A stretch of DNA of 16,247 nt, taken from NCBI GenBank assembly GCA_018985225.1, contig JADGIF010000166.1, forward strand, positions 1-16,247. The letters are read 5' to 3'. Position 1 is the first letter of the stretch, and each line of letters begins with the position of its first letter. Below, in pieces: positions 9,103 to 16,247 of this stretch. Source of the DNA: Amoeboradix gromovi X-113. Its lineage: Eukaryota > Fungi > Sanchytriomycota. The position numbers and the translations under genes were made by a program. The notes beneath the pieces were generated by a model, which ran no database searches, was not told the DNA's origin, and saw only the letters and a program-made list of their open reading frames with translations.

Positions 9103-9933
9103 TTATTGCTGTGCTTCAGTTTCTTTAAAGTCTTTTTTTTCGGCAGAACTTCTCCTAGACCTGTGCTTCATTTCGTGTAATGCTCCATTGTAGGTTGCAA
9201 CGCTCACTAAAAACACAATAAAGCTGAAATGTAGATACATTGAATTATAAAATAACACAGTAGGTATTATTGTAAGTATAGTATAAATAGCTTGAATTGT
9301 TACAAAGTTGATAAACGTAATCTTCAAATTATATCTCTGCTTGAGCCATGTATAGGATGTGGTACGTTGACCATTATCTATCTTTTCAGATTTGCGGTCA
9401 ACAAAGAAGTAATATGCTGCTTGCCACATGCCATAAACTAAAAACGAGGTGACAAAATAGTTTCGACTTAGTTTGTGATTTCGGACATCATTATTAATCC
9501 AAGTAAGTTCAAAAATAGTTATGCAAGGCAGAAGATGGATGCATACACTGGTGATCTTATCAAGGCTATGAAATACTAATGCGTTTTTCCAAACAGCAAT
9601 TGCAAATGCAACTGGGCCGTGGGCTAAGCAGAACACAATTGTAAATAAAAAATCTGTAGGATAGAATATTTGGATTATCACCAAGCCATTAAGAACATAG
9701 CAAAAATCAAACAGAAAATAATGATAATTGACCTTTTTGTACAAGTAAAATCTTAAAGCGATCAGCACAGTAATGATAACGACGTAGAACATTGGAAATT
9801 GCTTAGGGTACCTACCCAGTATGAAAGCAGTTAGCCAAAGACTGGTGACCCCCAAGAAATAAGAAACTACTTTCAAGCTCTCTTGAGCAATAGGAAAATG
9901 ATGTTTCATATTAAATTGCAAAAGTTTGCACAT
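9103..9933 (-). CDS. GPC1: Glycerophosphocholine acyltransferase GPC1 (DUF2838) membrane protein
   Basis: RFYLYKKVNYHYFLFDFCY, LAHGPVAFAIAVWKNALVFHSLDKITSVCIHLLP, WQAAYY and RTTSYTWL, with multiple TM helices. The start may instead be the ATG at 9909. Confidence 0.9.
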   Translation of the reverse strand: MCKLLQFNMKHHFPIAQESLKVVSYFLGVTSLWLTAFILGRYPKQFPMFYVVIITVLIALRFYLYKKVNYHYFLFDFCYVLNGLVIIQIFYPTDFLFTIVFCLAHGPVAFAIAVWKNALVFHSLDKITSVCIHLLPCITIFELTWINNDVRNHKLSRNYFVTSFLVYGMWQAAYYFFVDRKSEKIDNGQRTTSYTWLKQRYNLKITFINFVTIQAIYTILTIIPTVLFYNSMYLHFSFIVFLVSVATYNGALHEMKHRSRRSSAEKKDFKETEAQQ

Positions 9934-10273
9934 GGGACATCAAATATAAAAACTGGACTAAATTTCTGTAACAACTTGGAAGGTTATTTCAGCTTTATTA
10001 ATTTTATGGATTCAAGAGGCGAGTGGACATTCAGCTAGTTGCGGAGTTGACGAGTATAAAAGGAGAATCTAAGAAGATGCATCTTTCGCTGAGATGCTCA
10101 AAGACCTCATATATTTGAAAGAGATGCAGGGTCTTCTAGTTTTATTTTAAAAAGAGGAATACAATCAATGAAAGAAAATTGGTATAATAGAAGATCTTTT
10201 ATGAATGATAGCATTTCCTCTGTATGGAGCACCTTTAAGAACGAGTTAGTCTAGTTTTTATATTTGGTGTCCC
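9934..10273. mobile_element. MITE copy 2, 340 bp, inverted relative to copy 1
   Basis: Same TIRs as copy 1. 4-bp TSD ACAT at 9930-9933 and 10274-10277. Arms align to copy 1 with 10 substitutions in 272 bp and no indels (manual count). Confidence 0.95.
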
Positions 10274-10732
10274 ACATGCATTATCACAGACAGCGCATAT
10301 ATCTATCGTGCAAATGATTAGAAATAGAACATTTATATTTATCATTTGGTATTAAAAACTTTCTTTCGCAGAATTGTTCTATGAATCTAAATTAATTAAC
10401 TCTTTTTTCGTCCTTTAGACCATTTGCCTGTGTTAGTATTGAATGTCACAGACTTTGCTAAAATTTCTCGAAATATGGCGCGTCGGTACTAAATATGATT
10501 GTTTATACCGTTAGTAAAAATTCATTTATCTCATGGCACAATAACAAAACTATTGACAACTAATTAAAGTTTTCCAAAAATAAATAGTTTTTATTAGATC
10601 ACGCAAGCTATTTTACGTACAATTTGTAGTTGGAATCAATTTCGGATAATAGATAAATTAAAGTTGAAAGAATAGAAGCTATTATCATTATCCGAAACGA
10701 AAAGAATGCAAAGTTTATCCGAGTTGCAACAG

Positions 10733-11199
10733 CTCGATTGTTTTTTTGAATAAATCATTTATCGCGAATTTGTATGTATTTCCATATAACTGCGTGATTT
10801 TTCCAATACCTTATACAATCTTTATTCTCCATTCTGATTAAAAGGCAAATGTAATTAATGGATGTAATCCTGAATTTGTCAAATCTAAAGAAATAACTAG
10901 CTGGTACAGCATAAATTCATCAGCACTGAGGAACTGGTCCAAGCATGGAAGAATTAGATGTCTTTGAATGCATAGAATGAGATGAACAATAAATAAACTT
11001 GTAAACCATTTATTTGATAATCCTTGTGATTGGTCTTACCGAATATGCGACAGTAGAGAACATATGACAGCAAGGAATATATACATCAAGCATATGTATC
11101 CTTATTCAATCCCGCCTCAGGGTAGTGCAAGCATGAGCAATCACTGCTTGTTTCTCTGTGGAAATTCTCGATTTTGTCGGAAATCATGAATTTAACGAG
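10733..11199 (+). mobile_element. Internally deleted IS607/Fanzor2 element, copy C, 467 bp
   Basis: Left end ACAG|CTCGATTGTTTTTTTGAATAAATCATTTATCGCGAATTTG. Carries the tnpA HTH remnant and SREHMTARNIYIKHMYP (degenerate RuvC-III, from 11052). Right end TTTAACGAG. Confidence 0.9.
10857..10967 (+). pseudogene. tnpA: IS607 TnpA (serine recombinase) N-terminal MerR-like HTH remnant
   Basis: NGCNPEFVKSKEITSWYSINSSALRNWSKHGRIRCL* matches the IS607 TnpA N-terminal pattern (xxKE...S.TLRxWxxxGKI). Confidence 0.75.
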
Positions 11200-11219
11200 T
11201 CATACTAAATAAGAAATAT
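11103..11219 (+). ncRNA. Putative omegaRNA, copy C (one hairpin half-deleted); 5' boundary approximate
   Basis: CCCGCCTCAGGGTAGTGCAAGCATGAGCAATCACT...TTTAACGAG, followed by the unique flank TCATACTAAATAAGAAATAT. About 20 nt of the 14-bp hairpin seen in copy B is missing. Confidence 0.45.
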
Positions 11220-11648
11220 TTTTTTATCTCTTTTACGCTTCTTGTATCTTTTATAGTGGCAAAAGATAGTGTGACTATCATGTATGAACTATAAACTAGA
11301 AAGATATATGCTTCTAATTGGTGACTCAATCCCAAAGAAGAGAATAAGATCAAGTATTAAATAAGAGTGAGGGACGTTACTGGGGTACGACTCAAAGAAC
11401 CCTTTAGTAATTGAAAGAATCACCGTGGTTTTGATATTCATATTATCAAGAGATTGGAAAATAAGGTTGCAATCTACAATAGTGAAGGGCTATGGAGCTA
11501 TTAAAACAGAAAATGCCATGCATATTTATTTGAGTAAGAATGAAAAACTTGCTTGGCAACAATCAAACTATACCAACTACTTTTTGGGTAGTTTAAAAAG
11601 AAGTCATTTTCGGAAAGTCTATCCAAAATCGGTAAATCCTAGTTTCAT

Positions 11649-14600
11649 ATGAATTACTTACTCACAGATTACTCCAACATCAAAATAATAGATGCTGTTA
11701 AGCGGCAGTTAATCCAATACTTCTTAGGTAAAACTCTTGGAAAGTATTGCAAATATACTACCAGTAATAATGGGTTTCTTTCCCTAAATAGTATCGAAGT
11801 GATTCAAATGCCTCTCAATGGCTGGGTAGCTAGTGGTACTATTGAATCTTTATTTATACCTCACTATGAAAGTGAGATCAATATATCTAGATTGCAAGCT
11901 CATGAAATCAACAATATTGAGTTACAAGTTATCATCAAGAATGTAGAACTAACTTTAAATTTGGCTTCTCAGAAACCCAAGGAATCTTTGCCCGAAGATA
12001 GGGATTTGGATATACTCCAAGATCAATTTGATTACTTGATTCAGCATATTCATATAGATATTGATAACATAAATCTTTTGTTTGAGTTTGACACCTTGGC
12101 AATCAAAGTCCAGTCTCAAAATGTATCTATTATACCCACTATTCATGAAGTATACAACATGCTGCTATCTGGATTCAAACTATTTTTTGATGATGCAAAA
12201 GTCGCCACTTGTGATCAATTTAGCATGGCACTGTTCAAAGAGCGTATACAGATAGACGCTCAACTTATCCATGTGTTTACGTCAAGAGTGCAGGTCCATA
12301 AGCTTATGTATTTGTTCTACACTTTTCCGTTCACTCCTAAAACTGACTCAAATACTCCGATCGATGTACTCTTTTACTTCGATTCCATATCTTTAATGTA
12401 TTATTTAAACCCTCAAGAATTAAGGCCTTATTTGAAGATTGACTTGATGGATATCATGGGATCAATTCATGACATTGCAATACAAGAAATCAAAATATAT
12501 TTTGTTGATGATCTGTCTCATTTATTAGCTAGGATTGACAGCAACTCACCTCCTGATAGAATTAAACAAAACATTCACGAGTACTGGACCATAAATTCAC
12601 AACTTAGAGAACCCGCAATCATGATACAAAAATCAGTAATAACAGTTCAATCAATCAAAGTTAACATTTCGGAACCTATAATACAGTCTCTGCTTTTTAC
12701 TAGTCACAAATGGCCAAAGCTGCGTTCATTTGATACCAAGCTTTCCAGCACCTCTGATTTTACGGTTATTATTAGGAAATGTGATTTAAATGCCATAATT
12801 TCTGATATAAAATCATCACTGGTTACGGAGGACATAAAAATCAGTAGCAACACCATAACATTGAGCAAATTACAGTTTTATTTGCTGGACCGATGTGTAG
12901 TCCATTTTAAATCTAATCCAACGATTATTAATTATATGCTCAATGCTGTGTTAGAATTCAACGTAGACCTCCCTAACGTATACATATCTACAAATAAACA
13001 GGATTTACAATTGCTGTTTGATCTGTACAATAAAATGCAACTCCTGAAACAGCAGGCCGAAGATTTACAAGAAAGCATATACTTTCAGGCTAAAGAGACT
13101 TTAGATATAGCTATTATTAAATTAAATGTTTTTGAGGTTCACTGCCATGTTGAATGTCCTCCAACATTTTGCACAAGTTGGTACAGATTTGAATTTAAAT
13201 CAATATTGGCGACCATAAACATAGGTGAATTTTTAGAAGTCAAGTTTTCATCTAATTCTATGCGAATGACAGATTCAAACGAGAGACGGCTCGCTCATTC
13301 GTTTACAAATAAGGACTCGGAAAGACTAGAAGTGTCAATAAAAAGCGACCCGTTCATAATTTATATCAAATTGCAAGATGTGCAATATTTTATATATCCA
13401 GATAGACCAGCGTTTTTGGATTTGAAAGAATTAATGCCAACATTTCATAGCATTACAAAACAGAGACCAGATGTGTCTTTCAATGCTGAATTTAATGGTG
13501 TAATAACTCTTGAAGCTGAGCAGTCTACCGCATTGGTTCATTTTGAAATACAGTCAATTAAGGTGGAATCCGTGGTAGCAGACCACGTCAAGGTGGACAT
13601 TGAGAACGTGACTATACACTTGCAAGACCCAATCGCAGCGATGACAGCTCATAAGGCAGAGTACCTAGACTACTTTCAAGAAACCAAATCTGTTAAAATT
13701 GGTAGTCTTAACAAGCTGAACCTTAAAATTCACCCAAGCAGTTTTAGTGGCTTAAAAACTACGGTGTATAACACTGCGATTGCGCTAGAGTGCTGCCCGG
13801 ACTCATTGCGTATCCTGCTTGATTTCATGGATCATTTCCTACATGATTTCCAATCAAAGTTTCATATCAATGACCCAGAGCCTCAGGAGTTTGCTATAAG
13901 GATGCCTGAAGAGCAGGTAGAAGTGGAGTATGAGCTAGGTCCTCCGATTTCAAGCGACGGCTTTACTTGCTACTTGCCTGACTCAGGCCCGTTGGAGATT
14001 ATTCCAAACTACTTTGATGCAAAATCTAAAAAGCTAAACAACATGTACACTGTAGCTAAGCTTATGGGGATTAGTATAGTAATTAAATTGTTTGATGGGT
14101 TTGATTTTGATGTTTCTTTATCCACTAATGCATCATTTGGGAGCAGAAGTAGTAAGGAATTAATATCTATTCACTTAAATGGTCTAGAGATGAAACTGCA
14201 GCAGAGCAAGATAAACAAAAACATCAAATTGACTGGTAAGTGTCATGTTTTCGAGATACTGGATCATTTAGAATCTTCAACCTGGCGTAAAACCTGCACG
14301 CTAGTCAAACGCGGCTACCAGAAGGATGCTTTTGCATTCAAATTCAAGAAGATAGAAAGCGCTGTATTAGACAACGAGCTTGTGTTTGAGTGTAAGATAT
14401 CTCCGCTGAAACTCAACATCGATCAAGACACCTTGAACTTTATTCTTAATTTTCTTGTCCTAGTTAACAATCTTAGCTTTCAGGACACAGGATACGCTAT
14501 AAGTGATTCTTTAGACAAAGAGGTGCCGTATTTCTGTACTTAATACTAATATAGCCAAGTTCGAGATAAGCCCTATAATATTAGTAATTGACTATAAGCC

Positions 14601-15297
14601 AAAGGGTGTCGATTTCCAGAAATTAAGATTTGGAAACTTTATAGAAATGGTAAATCTAGTTAGTTTTGAGAACGTTAAGATATGCATCCCGCGATTTAAA
14701 CATGCTGGGAAAACAACAAAGTCTATACTGAACGAGCAATTTATTAAAATAATGTTGCCTACGTTAAATCAGCAACTAGTCAATGCGGCGATGGGGATAG
14801 GCGCCATAAAAACTGTAACTAACATTGGAAGTGGTATAGCAGATCTTGTGTATATGCCAGTTAAGCAATACCAAGCAGACGGAAGAGTTTTACTTGGAAT
14901 GAAAAATGGGATAAATTCATTTTTCGAATCAACTACAGGTGAATCATTGGATTTGGGTGCAAAAGCTATACTCAAAACACAAGAACTGCTTAAGTATGTT
15001 GAAAATATGATAACTCTTGGAGAGATTGTGCCGTTAACAAGATCTAAATATTCAAACCAACCCACTGATATGAAGGAAGGGCTTTTTGGTGGCTTTAAAG
15101 CATTGCAGCAATCTCTTTCAGATTCTATTATAGCAATTAAATATGCAGATCAGCAAGGTAATTTGTCCCAAGCAGTTCCGATAATATTAATCAAGCCATT
15201 ACTGGGTATGAGCGACTTACTCGGAAAGACTCTGTTGGGCATAAGAAATCAGATAGAGCCCGAACACAAAGCAGCGATGGACGACAAGTACAAATAA
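11649..15297 (+). CDS. ATG2: Autophagy-related protein 2; join(11649..14535,14555..15297), ~1209 aa
   Basis: Chorein_N-like KRQLIQYFLGKTLGKY; ECCPDS (CAD-like); KLFDGFDF; FEILDHLESSTWRK; PLKLNIDQDTLNFILNF. After splicing: PYFSKFEISPIILVIDYKPKGVDFQKLRFGNFIEMVNL, then NIGSGIADLVYMPVKQYQADGR and LLGIRNQIEPEHKAAMDDKYK (ATG_C). Confidence 0.93.
14536..14554 (+). other. Predicted 19-nt spliceosomal intron in ATG2
   Basis: GTACTTAATACTAATATAG has GT...AG ends and a TACTAAT branch-like motif. Removing it deletes the stop at 14541 and joins both ATG2 ORFs in frame (T|CC = Ser). Confidence 0.8.
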
Positions 15298-15309
15298 ACA
15301 AATTTACTT

Positions 15310-15903
15310 CTATTTGCGGTTCTTGTGCATTACAATTAAGTGTTCGATTTGCTGTATTTCTTCTAGCGTCGAAGCATTTATTAGTTGCTTCTTTAAATTT
15401 GACAATACCGCATCTACTTCAGGTATAAGCTCGGTGATAGTAGTGTCTATCGCTACATCAGACTGTCGTTCAACCAACTTAACCTTTTCATAATCCAAAA
15501 TGTTCAGTTTCGTAAATTTGCGAATAACAAGGAGCCTATAGTTTTTAATAGTTTCTAATGGTGTGTCATGCAAGGACATGTTCTCCAAAGAGCTGCTTTG
15601 TATGTCCACATCTTTAATATCACGAAATAAATTACCATTAAGACTTATTATTCTTAGATTTGGAGCTTTAATGAGGACCTTAGTTAGTTTATTGTTACTC
15701 AATAACAGAGTAGTCAGTCTATGAAAGGATGGAACTATCAGCTCAGTCAAAATATTGTGTTGCAAATTAATACATTTGTAAATATCATCTGTTATACTAA
15801 TGTTAGCATCCACCAGTCCTAGATGATCTATATCCACAGAATACTCTTTTAAAGCGTTTTGATATACAAGGCATTCATCTAAGAGAGGCCGGGTCAATCT
15901 CAT
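15310..15903 (-). CDS. LEA1: U2 snRNP A' (SNRPA1/Lea1), LRR protein
   Basis: MRLT...YQNALKEY start, LRRs (RLTTLLLSNNKL, PNLRIISLNGN), LRRcap NYRLLVIRKFTKLNILDYEKVKLVER, and C-terminal INASTLEEIQQIE. ATG at 15903; the track opens at 15960. Confidence 0.88.
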   Translation of the reverse strand: MRLTRPLLDECLVYQNALKEYSVDIDHLGLVDANISITDDIYKCINLQHNILTELIVPSFHRLTTLLLSNNKLTKVLIKAPNLRIISLNGNLFRDIKDVDIQSSSLENMSLHDTPLETIKNYRLLVIRKFTKLNILDYEKVKLVERQSDVAIDTTITELIPEVDAVLSNLKKQLINASTLEEIQQIEHLIVMHKNRK

Positions 15904-16073
15904 TTCTAAAGGAGTTTGAAGGATTATCGAAAAATTATAGAAGCAAGATGAAAAGCACAATGAACCCTAGCTTTGAGTACATATCATCTTATTCAGGTAC
16001 CTTCAATACATACTAGTGAGCACCAGAGAAAGGGCAAACAGAGTTATGTACTCTGAACCCAAAGACTTGACAG

Positions 16074-16247
16074 CTTGACTATTTTCTTGAATAAATCATT
16101 TATCGCGAATTTGTATACATTTTTGTATCATTTCAAGACTTTCCCAGATTTTTCTAATAGCTTAAACACTCGATATTCTTCCTTTTCGCAAATGGTAAAT
16201 GGAGTAAATAGATGTAATCCTGAATATGTCAAATCTAAAGAAATAAC
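16074..16247 (+). mobile_element. IS607/Fanzor2 element copy D, left end only, truncated by the window edge
   Basis: ACAG|CTTGACTATTTTCTTGAATAAATC... is nearly identical to the copy B left end over ~120 bp. ATG at 16192 opens MVNGVNRCNPEYVKSKEI, the tnpA N-terminus, open to the edge. Confidence 0.88.

Noticed and set aside
4820-9930. Composite transposon or inversion bounded by the two inverted MITEs
   Set aside because: Each MITE keeps its own matched TSD pair (ACCT/ACCT and ACAT/ACAT), showing independent insertions with no recombination between them.
11425-11652. 75-aa ORF abutting the ATG2 start
   Set aside because: Non-ATG start and no motif; ATG2 already begins with its Chorein_N-like segment at 11649.
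1-16247. CRISPR array, tRNA/rRNA, or stop-codon reassignment
   Set aside because: No tandem repeat-spacer array or tRNA/rRNA signature was seen. TAA, TAG and TGA all terminate conserved genes at plausible positions. The other small ORFs in the track are mostly antisense shadows of real genes.

Overview
AT-rich, gene-dense, nearly intron-free eukaryotic DNA read with the standard code. It probably comes from a flagellated, early-diverging fungus or relative, inferred from fungal-type CRT10/GPC1 genes plus an axonemal DRC2-like gene. Host genes are an SRP72-like TPR protein, a single-LIM protein, an F-box protein, DRC2/CCDC65-like, CRT10-like WD40, GPC1, ATG2 (split by an apparent 19-nt intron) and U2A'. 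The intergenic space holds two repeat families that the ORF track does not reveal. (1) Four copies of a miniature IS607-type element (~450 bp where complete). It keeps the N-terminal HTH of a serine-recombinase TnpA and the zinc-finger/RuvC-III tail of a TnpB/Fanzor2 nuclease. Its conserved, structured right end looks like an omegaRNA scaffold, followed by a different flank (candidate guide) in each copy, and ACAG is conserved at the left junction (candidate TAM). (2) Two copies of a GGG...CCC TIR MITE with 4-bp TSDs whose 137+135-bp arms are ~96% identical but enclose unrelated 83- and 68-bp central cassettes. All calls are from reading by eye; no searches were run.
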